NCBI GenBank assembly: GCA_026026165.1
Contig: JAPEUD010000079.1
Coordinates: 1-64,000 of the forward strand
Length of the DNA stretch: 64,000 nucleotides
DNA from: Sarea resinae
Lineage: Eukaryota
Direction of reading: 5' to 3'
Position 1 is the first letter of the stretch, and each line of letters starts with the position of its first letter. The notes below the pieces were generated by a model. That model was not told the DNA's origin, did not search any database, and saw only the letters and a list, made by a program, of their open reading frames with translations. Positions 1-13,289 of this stretch are shown here, piece by piece. Both the position numbers and the translations under genes were made by a program.

Positions 1-44
<44 letters not shown>
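1..44. repeat. poly-G tract (44 nt) at window start
   Basis: 44 consecutive G. May be a real homopolymer or a contig-end/sequencing artefact. Confidence 0.9.
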
Positions 45-45
<1 letters not shown>

Positions 46-932
46 TTTGTTGAAGCTGGCTCTATCAAGAGAGCAGCGCGTGCTTGAAGGAGTCGAAAAC
101 ACCTTTGAATGCGGGAGCGGGATAGGGGGGAGCGAAAGGGACAAGATGATGGGCAACGGCAACGAGTGGAGGAAGATGAGGGATGAGGGATGAGGGATGA
201 AAACAGGATGGACGAGATGATGGAACAAAGGGACGCCATCGTGAATGTCGAGAAGCACCAGGGAGGATGGGCGAGGACGAAGTACCGCGAGGAGGGTAGA
301 TGCCCGCCTCAATCGTGGTGCAGAGTACTTCATCAAAAGTATCGCCGCGACTGGTGCGTCACATGATGAGATGTCGCTGCTGCTTGGCCGAGCTCAGGTA
401 CCGAGTACGGAGCCACTGCGATGCGGTACCGCCGTCTTCCACGACAGACGAGTACTCCAGCTCCCAAGAAAGTACCCGACGGGATTCGATGAGGGACTGG
501 GTACTTGCAGACCGATCAAGCGAGATCGTGACCGCGTCTGGTCCTTCTGTCTCTGTCTCGGTCGCTATCCGATACAAATGTAAACAAACGCCGATCAATC
601 AGACATCCATACACAGTCATCCACCCTGCACCACCCAACATTCACTTCCTTGCCTCACATCCCAAGCCTCACCCTCGCCCTCTTCATTCCAACTGCTCTT
701 CTACAGCTGCTTCTTCTCTTGCATTTGGTGCATGTTCGATTTGGAGTTCTGATTTGGTCTCGTCTTCTCTTCCGTGGGCTGTCTTTCGGTTGTGGAACGC
801 GCACGGCTTTTCTTCCGTTTCTGTTCTCATTGACACACACCGTCGAGTACAGTGGCCAACTTACCAGCTGCCATGTTTCCTTGAAGGGATCAGAACACCT
901 ACACGCTGCCCAAACCCTCTTCAAGCCAAGCC

Positions 933-3900
933 ATGATGACGAATCCAGCGCCTGGTGGCTCGTTGCGGCGGAATAGCCCATTCGACCGCAGTTCGCCTTC
1001 TCCTGCCCCGTGCTCCCCCCCGTCTAACAGCCGGCCCAAGTCGGCGAACCTCTCTTCCCCGCTCTCGAGTCCACGCGGATTAGGTCACAGCAGAAATCAA
1101 TCTTTCACGTCTCTGGGCTCGGCCGTCCTGCCAGCAGATGGCAGAGCTTTCATGCAGCGGTCCAATTCCATCCGCACCAACCCGCCGGGCTCGACCACTT
1201 TCGCTCCACAGTTCATCAAGGCAGAAGAACTGCGAAGAGGCGAGGATCGGGTGCGTGAGATGGAGGGCGATAATGACTTTTCGGGGAAACGATACGTCTG
1301 GCTGAGGGACCCGCAGACAGCTTTTGTTCGTGGATGGGTCGTGGAAGAAAAGGAAGATGGCCTGTTGCTCGTGCAATGTGATGACGGCAGCGTACGTATG
1401 GATTGCTTGCCCCCACTGCCCCGTCCTAACACAGTTCTCGGTAGCAACGAGAAGTCAGTGCCGATAACGTCGATAAAGTCAACCCGGCCAAGTTCGACAA
1501 AGCGGATGACATGGCAGAGCTTACGCACCTCAATGAAGCGTCGGTGGTGCACAACCTTCACATGAGATATCAGGCAGACTTGATCTATGTATGGGCCTTG
1601 AACGATTGCTCGAATGCATCTGCTTACTCTGATAGACTTACTCGGGGCTCTTCCTCGTCACGATCAACCCCTACTGTCCCTTGCCAATCTACAGCAACGA
1701 TTACATAAAGATGTACAAGGGAAGAAGCCGAGAAGATACGAAGCCTCACATTTATGCCGTGGCGGATGAAGCATTCCGGAATCTCGTGGACGAAGGGGAG
1801 AATCAGAGCATACTTGTCACGTAGGTGGATGTCCAACTTGATGCACAACACCAGCTGAGCTTCGTTTCTAGAGGAGAATCCGGCGCCGGTAAGACCGAGA
1901 ACACCAAGAAAGTCATCCAGTATCTCGCGGCAGTTGCCTCGTTCTCATCTCCTGGAGTAAAGTCTTCGGGGAATCATTTGTCTAATCTTTCTCAGCAAAT
2001 ACTGAGGGCAAATCCTATCCTAGAAGCGTTCGGGAACGCGCAGACGGTGAGGAATAACAACTCATCGCGCTTTGGAAAATTCATCCGGATCGAGCTCATG
2101 AAATCCGGCCAAATCATTGGAGCCTACATCGACTGGTATCTCCTGGAGAAGTCCAGAGTGGTGAATCTCAATGCCAACGAGAGGAACTACCATGTCTTCT
2201 ATCAGCTGCTCAGAGGAGCGACTCCGAAGATGAAGGATCAATTTCTACTACGAGACATGGATGTGAACGACTTCGTTTATACTAGAAAAGGAAACGAAGC
2301 CATTATTGGAGTATCCGACAGCGATGAGTGGAATTCTCTTCTCGAAGCTTTCGGTATAATGGGATTTTCCGGAGAGGAGCAGATGTCCATCTTGCGGACT
2401 GTAGCCGGCGTCCTTCACCTTGGTAACATTGAGGTGATGAAAGAGAGTCTCCGAGCTGACCAGGCCTCTTTGTCATCCGAGGCCCATAAGCAAGCGGAAA
2501 GAGTCTGCCATCTTCTTGGCATACCCGTGGAGCCATTCGTCAAAGGTCTCCTTCACCCTAGGGTCAAGGCTGGTAGGGAATGGGTTGAAAAGGTTCAGAC
2601 GCCGGAACAGGTGCGACTATCCATTGATGCTCTATCGAAGGGTATATATGAGCGAACTTTTGGCGACCTGGTCGGCCGGATCAATCGGCAGCTCGCACGT
2701 ACCGTCACTGGCCCGAATGACACCCATTTCATCGGCGTCCTCGATATTGCCGGATTCGAGATCTTCGAGGAAAACAGCTTTGAGCAGCTCTGCATCAACT
2801 ATACCAACGAAAAGCTTCAGCAATTTTTCAATCATCACATGTTCGTTCTTGAGCAGGAAGAATATGCCAGGGAACAGATCGAGTGGAAGTTTATCGACTT
2901 CGGCCGCGATCTCCAGCCAACCATCGACCTGATCGAGCTACCCAATCCAATCGGCATCTTTTCGTGCTTGGATGAAGACTCTGTCATGCCAAAAGCTACG
3001 GACAAGACCTTCACGGAGAAGCTTAATTCGCTTTGGGATCGAAAGAGTCCAAAATATCGACGTTCGCTGCTTCACCAAGGTTTCATGTTGACTCATTATG
3101 CTGCAGAGGTGGAATATTCAACCGAGGGTTGGCTGGAAAAGAACAAAGATCCGCTGAACGACAATATCACCCGACTCCTTTCGGCGTCTACGGATCGACA
3201 CATCGCAAGTCTTTTCTCCGACTGCGCTGATCAAGACGAAGGCAATGGCTTTCAGCGAAGTCGAGTAAAGAAGGGACTGTTTCGAACCGTTGCTCAGAGG
3301 CACAAGGAGCAGCTTTCGAGTCTCATGGCGCAATTACATTCCACTCATCCTCACTTTGTTCGTTGCATCATACCTAACCACAACAAACGGCCCAAACAGC
3401 TAAGTGCGCCGTTGGTCCTAGACCAGCTAAGATGCAACGGTGTCTTGGAGGGCATTCGGATTGCGCGCACCGGATTCCCGAACCGTCTTCCATTTTCAGA
3501 ATTCCGTCAGCGGTACGAGGTCCTGTGCAAAAACATGCCCAGAGGTTATCTGGATGGCCAGAGTGCCGTCAGCATCATGCTGGAACAGCTGGATCTTGAC
3601 AAGGCACTGTTTCGTGTTGGACTGACCAAAGTCTTCTTTCGAGCCGGAGTTCTAGCAGAACTAGAGGAGCAGCGAGATGCCCTAATCCGAGACATCGTGC
3701 TGCGATTCCAATCTGTCGCGCGGGGATACACGCAGCGAAGAATAGCCCACAAACGTCTTTATCGAGCAGAGGCAACTCGCATAGTACAGCGCAACGTTCA
3801 CGTCTATCTGGATCTTGTCGACAACCCTTGGTGGAACCTTTTCGTCAAGATGAAGCCGTTGCTCGGCGCTACTCGGACTTCTGCCGAGGTCAAGAAGAAG

Positions 3901-6900
3901 GAAGAGATGATTCATAAGCTGCAGGCGAAGATGAAGCAAGAGGCAGCCGATCGACAAAAGCTGGAAGACGAGCGAAGAAAGGCAGATGATGAGATTGAAC
4001 GCATCCAACACACTCTTGAAAGCGAGCGGGCTCTTGCTTTGGACAAGGAGGAAATCTTCCGAAGACTTCAAGATCGCGAAGCCGAACTGACGGAAAAGCT
4101 CGCCGGTGCGATCGAGGACCAAGACAAATTAGAAGATCAGATTGATGAATTAATTGATGCAAAGAAGAAGGTGGAAGAACAGCAAGAGCTTTGGCGGACA
4201 CAATTAGAGCAGGCTGGTCTGATCATTACCAAACTCGAAGCGGAGAAGATAGAGCTGTCTGATAAGCTCTCAGAAGTGGAGGGGCAAGTAGCCGATTTGG
4301 AGAAATCTCACGAGGAGCGAAACAATTTACAGGAGAGCCTGAACCAGGAAGTAAAGATGCTGAAGAGCCATCTAGCATTGAAAGATCGAAAGATGCAAGA
4401 CCTGGAGAGTAAGCTACTGAAGACGGACCAGGACCTCGATATCAAACTTGCAAATAGCACGAGGGAATTGCAGGTCTCGAAAAAGCAAGTCAAAGAGCTC
4501 TTAGAAGATAATCGCCAGATCCGTCAGCAGCTGTCTGAACTCTCTGCCACTTCTACTGGTTATGAAGACCTTGTAAGACGCAAGGAGAGCGAGCTTGCAA
4601 TTCTTCGAACCGATCTCAAAAATTACGATTCTGATCGTAAAGCCTTCGAACAAGAGAAGCGATCCCTTTCGACCAGGCACGACAATGTCCAGAAACGTCT
4701 TCGCGAGATTCAAGCCGAAACGGAGTCACTGCGTTCTCAGAAGGCACAACTCGAGCGTGAGGCTGCTGATGCGAAAGCCCTTTTGGAAGCCAAGCTCTCT
4801 GAGGATGCAAAATCTGGCGAGGGGCGGAAGATGTTAGAAGAGCAGATCAAGGATCTAAAGGAGCAGTTCTTTCAGGTACAGGCCGATCTCGGAAGGGAAC
4901 GACAATCTCGAGATGATGTGCAGATGCTTGGAGAGCATAACCTGGCCACATTGACTCGTGAATACGAGTCCTTGAAGGACGCAAAAATTACGATTGAAAA
5001 AGAAATGTACCTCCAGCAAGATTCCCTTCGTCGTGCCACTGAGGCACGCACTGCCGCCGAAAGAGACAGAAAAGATCTGCAAAATGAGCTGCGAAAGCTC
5101 CGCGAGCGCTTCACGGAAGCCGAAAGCTCCCGGCTGCAGGCTGAGACGACCATCGAGCGGAACATTGCTCGTCAAGCAAGTGAACGGCAAGCGATTCTCA
5201 GAAGAGAGCTTGATACGAAGGAGAAGCAGCTCAACGAGGCTGAGTCGGAGCGTACTCGTTTGGCCACCGAAATCCAGAGCTTGACTCGAACAATTGCCGA
5301 CTCGGACTTGTTCAGGCTGAATCACGACCAGCATAAGGAGCGTCTTGAGCGAGAACTTGTAACAGTCAAGGGTCGTCTGACCGCCTCGGAGAATGACAAC
5401 CGAGCTCTGCTCAACAAGATTCAGCAAAAGAATCTTGACATTGCTCGATCTAGTTCAAGGGCTGGGGAGTCGCAGCGAACGAAGCTAACGCACCTTCAAG
5501 CTGAGAAGAGCAAGGTCGTCGAGGACAACAAGAAATTATCACGCCAACTCGAAGATGCACAGCTTTCAATCACATCTCTTGAAAAACAGAAGGAGAAGCT
5601 ATCCCTGAGTCTGGAAGATCTGAATCATGAAGTCGCTCGGGAGCACAAGACAAGTCGTAATGCCGAGAAAACATCCTCCACATTGACTGTGCAATTAGCG
5701 GACGCCAATCGTAATTTAGAGTCGGAACGACAACTCAAGTCTCAAGCACAAGCCAATACTCGAAAGCTTCAAGGCACGCTCGATCAAGCCAACAAAGAAC
5801 TTCGGGACTGCCATAGTCAGCTATTATTACTACACAAAGTATTCGACCCCGAGACAAGTGGTTCTCCAGCATCCTTCGCAGCCGCCAAACCAGATATTTC
5901 GAAGAAAGTCGACCTTGCGCAGAAGCTCGAGACTTCACGGCAGGCACTTCGGGTGGCAAACGACAAATTAGCTCGTGCAGAAGATCAACTGGACGAGCTC
6001 CGCCACCGCTATGAGGACGACATGATGGAGACTGACGCGAGGCACTCTTCTTCGAAACGTGCGCTACTTGAAGAGATCAATCAAAATCAAGTTCAGACTA
6101 CCCGTTCTCCAAAACATTTCCGAAAGGATTCTGACAACAATCGCAATATCTTTTCTAATATGTCGACACCAACACGGCGTCAACTAAGCAACGCTACTGC
6201 AGCTACTCACGACTCTGGACGGTCGGATCGTACCGTCGATACTGTGAGCTACAATAAACGCATGGATCTGGCGGCCGAGCTTGAGATGGTACAGAATCAA
6301 CTACAAATGACGGAGATGCAGAATCGACATCTGCAGAGCCAGATCGACCGCTCGACCCCAACGAAAGATATGTGGCAGGATGACAGCCCATCTGTCCGAC
6401 GGGTTCAAAAGCTGGAGCGAGAAAATTACAGACTCCATGATTTACTTGACGACTCTGCAAAGAAGGTTTCATCCCTTGAGAAGAGCATTCAAAGCGGCCA
6501 ATTATCTCTACGCGATGTTCAGACGAAGTCCCACGAAGAGCTGTTTGACCTCATTAATTCTCAGGAACAGTCAAGGAAGTCGCTCCTGCAGGTTCATAAC
6601 AACACTCTCGAGGAGCTTATAGAAGCTAAAGCTCATTTCGAGAGCCTGAAGCAAGCCAAGGCGTCGCTTGAAGCCGAATTACGGACCGTTCGTGCAGAGA
6701 ATCATGATCTTTCAAACGCGCGGGATCAAGATGGTGCAGATCGTACTCAGCTTTTGCAAGATCTAGCCGATGCGCAGATCAGGTTAGACGCGGAAACCTC
6801 AAAGCTCACCGATGTGAGCTCGAGCTTGAATCTGTACAAAGCTAGAGCGGACGAATACTTTAGCAAATTAGAGCAAGCTGAACTTGCGGTATTGAAGGCA

Positions 6901-8379
6901 TCTCGCGCCGAGCAGTTCGCGAGGACGCAGGCAAGGGAAGCGGAAGATACTTGCGCCAGTATCATGGCCGAACGGAAGCAAATGGATACCATGGTTGAAG
7001 ATCTTCAACGTCAGAATCAAATTTATGAAGAAAAAGTCGAAGACATGGCGGCTGATCTCGACGGTGCACTTCAGGCAAAGAAACGATTGCAGCACGAGCT
7101 GGAAGATTATCGGAGCCAACGAGCAATGGACATTGAAGACAAACAGACATCCATTGAGCAAACGCGGAAAAAATATCAAGCCGAATTGTCGAGTCTGACA
7201 AACGAGCTCGAAATCGAGCGGGAGAACGTTATCCACGTCCGAACGGAGAACACTCACATTCGTGAAGAATTGGAAGATCTTAGGTCTAAGTGGGATGACG
7301 AAGTCCTCAATAGCTCAACGTGGGCAAAGGAAAAGTCTCGTCTCGAAATTACACTACAAGACCTATCCAATTCACGCGATGAAGCTGTTAATGCCCATAA
7401 TGAAGCTCAAAGCAGGATCGTGTCGTTGTTATCGCAAGTCCGAAATCTCCGTACATCCGTGGATGACATAGTCGCGGAAAGAGATATGCTCCAAAAGGAG
7501 AAGCGTGGGCTTGAGGCTCGTTTGACCGAGGCAGGAGATCGTTTGGAAGATCTTGCGCGTGGTGAAAGCCCTTCAATGCGGAATGCGGCAGGCATGGATC
7601 GCGAACTCCTCGACCTGAAGTCGAATTTAGCCCAGCAAGAAGATGTAGCCGCTGCTGCAGTTGGGAAGATGAGGCGAGCAGAGGCGTTGGCTTCTGAGAT
7701 TCAAAAGGACGTTGTTGCCGAGCGGGAGACCAATGTACAGCTTCACAAGGAGAAGGCTGCTCTAGAGAAGTCTGCCAAGGATCTTCAGCTCAAGGTGATA
7801 GACCTGGAAACCAAGAGTTATTCGTCTACCGGCCAGGACGTTAGGTTTTTGCATGGTCGCATCCAGGAGGTGAGTGACTGCATGGCCTTTATTGCGGAAT
7901 ACTGACTAATTCTTGTATAGTTGGAACGACAGATTGAAGAGCAGGAAAGTAAGCACCACCAATCACAACGCTCAGTACGCAACGTCGACCGCACGGTCCG
8001 CGACCTCCAGGCGCAGATCGAGCGCCGTGAGAAGATCAACGGCCAACTTTCCGATGAGATCAACAAATCTCGCGACAAAGTCGAGCGACTTCTCCAGACT
8101 ATCGACGAACTGCAATCCAGCGATTCTTCGAACCAGCTTCAAGCTCGCCGTGCCGAACGTGAACTGCGCGAGGAGAGAGAGAAAGCACTGAAGCTTGAAA
8201 GGGAACTCGAGGGCTGGAAGCAGTTAAGGATGGAGAGGAACAGTCTTCCAAAGAACGAGACTGTCATGGCATTGAGTGAGAGTGGGGAGTGGACCCCTAG
8301 GAGGAGCTCAAGGGGCTCGACCGTGACGGCGAGTGAGACCCTTAGGCGGAAAGACAGCGGGATCAAAGGGTTCTTGTAA
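933..8379 (+). CDS. myosin class II heavy chain (conventional, cytokinetic)
   Basis: Exons 933-1391, 1445-1588, 1636-1820, 1872-7869, 7921-8379 with GT-AG introns. Spliced protein has [24 protein letters not shown]-loop GESGAGKT, switch [10 protein letters not shown], switch [21 protein letters not shown] and a very long coiled-coil tail. Confidence 0.97.
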
Positions 8380-9027
8380 GAAAGGGCAGGGCGCGCCGAG
8401 AGGTATCGATGATAAGATGATTGCTTGATGGAGAAGCATGGCGATTTGCTCGAGGCAGCAGGCGTATGAGATTTCAAGGATGGGGAGCAACGAGCGAAGC
8501 ATTGGTTAATGAATCAGCATTGTTACGGGTTTCAGGCGTTCGCTCTTGGGTCAGTCAATAACGGAGCCTGTATTGTTTATGTTCCAGCGTTTTCTTCTCT
8601 TGATCTCACTCTGGCTTGTTTGCGAGGACGCATGAGATGACGGGCGGACGCATATGTGAACAGAGGGGATGACACGGAGGCTTCATGAATATATACATAC
8701 ACAAACAGAACATATTTTCCTGCATGACGAGGAACCGAGCGATGTTTGTAGCCCGACCGCATGTACTAACTACTTGGACATTGACGATAATCTCGTGATC
8801 TGTGGGGTACTCTCTACATCCAGATCGCCAATGCGCGAGCCAACCATCAAGACACCAAGACCTCCATCATCTCCTACTGAGCCCTGTGTCCTCAGCACAT
8901 CAACCTCGACCTCCACTGGTCGCAGTCATCTTCCTCTGCCTTTGGCGATCTCTTATAAGCCGAACCAGCGTCGTTTCTGCTACCGTCACATTACGATCTC
9001 GTTATACTGCAATACGACAGCTTGACG

Positions 9028-10558
9028 ATGGATCGAGCATTAGACGAAGTGATAGCTGAGCGCCAAGTAAGTCGAGGCTTCCCGATCAGCAAGCATTCCT
9101 CCACTTCAGCTGTGCAGGCACTTTCGAATCTTCATTACTCACCATCTTCCAGAGAGGCAGCGGCCAGCCTCGCCGAAACCGCCGTCGAGAGAATCACCCG
9201 CGTGACGGCGTAAGAAAGGTTGGCGCTTAATTATCCACGGGCCCCCCTCGGGGCTGCGTTCAACCGTTCACTCCATCGTCCTAACATATCTGCAGGTTCA
9301 TCCACCTCGTTCCTCCTGTACCGCCCTCAAACCGTAGCGCAACCTTACCTCGGTCGCGTCAAGCTCCACCAGAAGCGATTCGATGTCCTGAGGCAATACG
9401 TGTACGCTTTTGGTCATTGTCAATCTGCTAACGTAGTGTCTGCCTTTCGAAACGCATAGTCGAGTACCAGAGACGCCCCCAGGAATCTCGACAGGTACGC
9501 AGCTGCTCCACTCTAGAATTCTGCGATTGCAGGAAGCTAATGCATATACTTCATCACAGTGACTGGGTTCACGATAAGTTTGAGGATGACGATTGTAAGT
9601 CATCACTGAGCAGAGATACCTCCATATAGAGGACTCACAGAACAACAGCTCAACGCCCATCACGCGGGCCTCGCAATCGGGGACTTGATCGCTACTCGCC
9701 CGACCGGGAAGGGTATGCGCTTCCAGTGATTTTGGCTCTCTCATCACTAATCCTACCAGTATCTCGCAATCTGGAGCTAAACTCCGAATTGACAATCTTC
9801 ACTACGACCTCACAGAAGAAGATCTCGAGGTACGACCCTAGCTCTAGGTACCCATACCATCACTTCGGGTTTAACACCAATGACAGGGCCTCTTTCAACG
9901 AATCGGCCCGGTAGCCTCGATCCGCATAATTTACGATCGCGCTGGCCGCTCGGAAGGTATTGCTTTTGTTACCTACGAAACTACGTCCGATGCTCGGGCT
10001 GCCATCTCTGAATTCGATGGTGCCAATGCCAACGGACAGCCCATTCGTTTACGTCTTGTGCCTAGCGCTCCCGGTGCCGGCGCCCCACGTTCGCAACGCA
10101 ACCCTTTCGACACCGCAACCAGAGGCCCTCGAAGCCTGTTCGACCGCATCTCCTCCGGCCCTCGAACTCGCTCCGCATCTCCACCCCGCACGTCTCGGAA
10201 ACGTGATCCCGCGCCCGAGAATATCGACCGCTATGTTCCCAACACATACCGACGAAGTCGCTCTCCTGCCCCTCGTCGTGGCGGCCGACGACCTGGCGCC
10301 CGCCGAGAAGAGAGTGGTCGGGGTGGTGGCGGCGACAGAGAGAGGGGTGGTCGGTCGACAGCAAATGGTCGACCGCGTAAGACGCAAGAGGAGCTAGACG
10401 CTGAGATGGAGGACTATTTTGGAAAGAAGGAAAGTAATGGTGCTGGTGCGAATGGGGCTACGACGGCTGCGGAGACAGAGGCTTCGAGTGCTGTAGGCGC
10501 CGGTGCGGCCTCGGGGAATGGAGTTGGTAACGACAATGACATTGATATGATCGAGTAG
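9028..10558 (+). CDS. Yra1/ALYREF(THO4)-family RRM mRNA-export adaptor-like protein
   Basis: Exons 9028-9066, 9153-9218, 9460-9494, 9560-9594, 9649-9712, 9760-9829, 9887-10558 join in frame. N-terminal MDRALDEVIAER and C-terminal EELDAEMEDYF resemble UAP56/Sub2-binding motifs; also DWVHDKF, an RRM (LRIDNLHYDLTEEDL...YDRAGRSEGIAFVTY) and an RG-rich region. Confidence 0.88.
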
Positions 10559-11326
10559 GAGAGGAGAGGAAAGAAAGGAAGTGGTCCGGGAGATGAAGGG
10601 GGGTGAAGGGGTAATGGTTTGCTCTCGATCTGTTCTTGACATCGTCAGGGTGTTGCTTGGGCATGGCACGATGAATGAGATGGTATCAGTCTTGGAGTTC
10701 GGGTCTTGGCGTCGCCGTGCGCATCTTCATCTTCTGCATGTTCCATCGTAGTTGTGAAGTCCTCTCCTACGTAAGGGAGTCCGTGATGGTCGAGTCGAGC
10801 AGTCGAGACGATGCGGCGGAGATTGCCGTTTCAAACCCCGGCCGAGGGGTCTGCCTAGTCCCCATTCGCGTTCCCCTTCGACGTCCATTGTGTCTCTACG
10901 ACTCTTCTCTATCGCTCCATCTTCTTCGTCTTCTCACCTCCCCATCTCCCCATCTCCCCATCTCCTTGTCTCTCCATCTACAATCCCCTCTCCTCCTCGG
11001 AATTCCTCCCACGTTGTTGCCAGTATAGGAAGAGAGTGGAGGAACGCCCATCTCTGTCAACCAACAAAACCCAGGCTCTGGAACAGCTGTGGGAAGCGTC
11101 TCAATGTAGGATTGCGCCATCTCGACTTCTTGGCTTTCTACTACAGTAGCCATAGCAATTGTGTCTGTGAATTGACTGACCCGCCTTGTTCTGCTTCAAC
11201 AGCTCACCTCTTCACCGTTCGACATTACTTACGCCCAGTGCATTCCTTTTTACGAAACTTACGAGATACGACTCAACTGCTACGATCGAAACGAATTTCC
11301 TACGAGTTTGCTCAAATCTGTAAAAG

Positions 11327-12757
11327 ATGGCTTCTGGTATGTCGACTATGTTCCAGCGCATGGAGGCCGGAACAGCGGGGATCTCTCTGCCAGCGAAGCG
11401 CACCACCGTCGCTTTGTGCCTCATTCTTCATCCCATGACTTCGAATCCGATGGCACGTGCAGCAGCTAATGTGGGCTGGTGGCAGAAATACCCAAGGTCG
11501 TCCCTTTGACATGTCACGGTCACTCTCGACCGATTACTCATCTCAGTTTCTCTTCTGTCGTGGATGACGATCAATACTACCTTGTTTCCTCATGCAAAGG
11601 TGGCTAGCTCTCTTGAAACGTCCTCGCACGGTGCTAACAGGGTCAAGATAACAATCCTATGCTTCGAGATGGCATCACTGGCGACTGGTGAGATACGAGC
11701 ATCCAGGGTTCTTTGCGCGTGCTAATCATCAACAGGATTGGCACGTTTGTAGGTCACAAAGGCGCCGTGTGGCAGGCTCGTCTTTCCGACGACGTTTCTC
11801 TCGCAGCTACTGGTTCGGCAGACTTTTCGGCGTAAGTTCCTCCGCTACCAGATCTCGACGCAGCCGCTCATTGCTTGCAGAAAGGTTTGGAACACTTATA
11901 CGGGCGAAACTTTACACACTCTACAGCATTCGCACATCGTACGCGCCGTAGCTTTCCCATCTCAACCGCGTCCGCAGATCCTTGCCACAGGTGGTCACGA
12001 GAAGAAACTCCGAATCTTCGATCTCTCTCGCAGCAGCTCGTCCTCCTCCCCCACCACTCCCGACAGCGTCAACGGCCTTACAAACGGCACCTCCAGCCCG
12101 GCCGAAACACCATGCTACGAGGTTGGCCCGGGCGTACATGGTGGTACCATCAAATCTATCGTCTGGGGTTCCGACCTTAATATTCTTACTACGGCCGCAG
12201 ACGACAAGAAGATTCGATGGTGGGATCTGCGTTCGCGCACTCCAATCGGCGAGTACGAAGTCGACGGTATAGTGGGCAGCTGCGAACTGAATGCGCCACC
12301 CTCATCTGATGGATATAGCGGTGGAGCTGGTGGTGGCGTACTGAGCGTTGCGGCCGGGAAGACGGCTTATTTCTTCGATGGCCACGAACCCGGTCGGCTG
12401 ATCAAATCGATCAAGATGCCGTCGGCAGTCGCCAGTGTGGCTCTGCACGCCGAACAGCGCAAGTTCGTCACGGGGAGTAGTGATGACACGTGGGTGAGAG
12501 TGTGGGACTTTGATGACGAGCGGGAGCTGCGTGAGTATCCCCTTTTTTTTCGTCCTTGTCAACAGTAATCCTCTCCAGCTAGCCGTGTGAAGCTAATGTG
12601 GCAATTCCAAAAATATTCAGATGTCTACAAAGGCCATCACGGTCCCATCTGGTCCGTCGCCTTTTCGCCAGATGGGAAACTCTGCGCCACGGGCTCTGAG
12701 GATGGTACGATCAAGTTGTGGAAGTTCACCAATAGCCCGTATGGACTGTGGCGGTAG
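11327..12757 (+). CDS. STRAP/unrip-like WD40-repeat protein
   Basis: Exons 11327-11336, 11486-11599, 11648-11687, 11736-11831, 11881-12530, 12621-12757. Translation has [45 protein letters not shown] and [28 protein letters not shown], typical of the STRAP family. Confidence 0.9.
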
Positions 12758-13106
12758 ATCTTTTCTCGGGAGACGGCCGCTTGTATACTATCAACTGGTT
12801 GTTGTGCACGCTCGGTTGTGTCTGTTTGGTGTGGGTTGGGTTGGGAAGGAGAGGGGAGGGGAGGGGAGGAGTGGGACCGGGTGCGGACGAAAGGACGGGA
12901 GACAGGGGATAGGGGAGTGAGGGTGAGGGGGCCGGAGTAGAGCAGAGCAGAGCAGAAAGAAGAGTCTCAATCGGCGGGCCTCATGATGTGCTTCGAGGAT
13001 GGGGCAAGAGGATGATGAGAAGAAGTGAACTAGAGGCTCAGACTTCCTACGCGTAGGCTATACAAAGTCACCGACGTCCAATGTCAAAGAATTCGAGCCC
13101 TGAGAG

Positions 13107-13110
13107 CGCG

Positions 13111-13140
<30 letters not shown>
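13107..13140. repeat. (CG)10 followed directly by (AG)7 compound microsatellite
   Basis: Direct reading of the sequence. Confidence 0.95.
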
Positions 13141-13141
<1 letters not shown>

Positions 13142-13289
13142 TAGAGAAAGAATAACAGAGGGAAGGACAGAGAGGGAGACAGGAAGGAGAAAGTGATTTC
13201 CATTAATTCCCTCTACTCCCTTGTTTTGAAACTCTCCCCTTTCCCAGCTGGGTTCGCAAGACTCTATCCAACATGGCACTAATCCACGT

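Noticed and set aside
1..44. Functional G-quadruplex or telomere at the window start
   Set aside because: A homopolymer at the sequence edge is equally explained by a contig end or two-colour-chemistry poly-G artefact; it cannot be judged here.
2303..8502. Many short antisense and alternate-frame ORFs over myosin (and likewise over other genes)
   Set aside because: These are shadow ORFs expected from codon bias on real coding strands, with no recognisable motifs.
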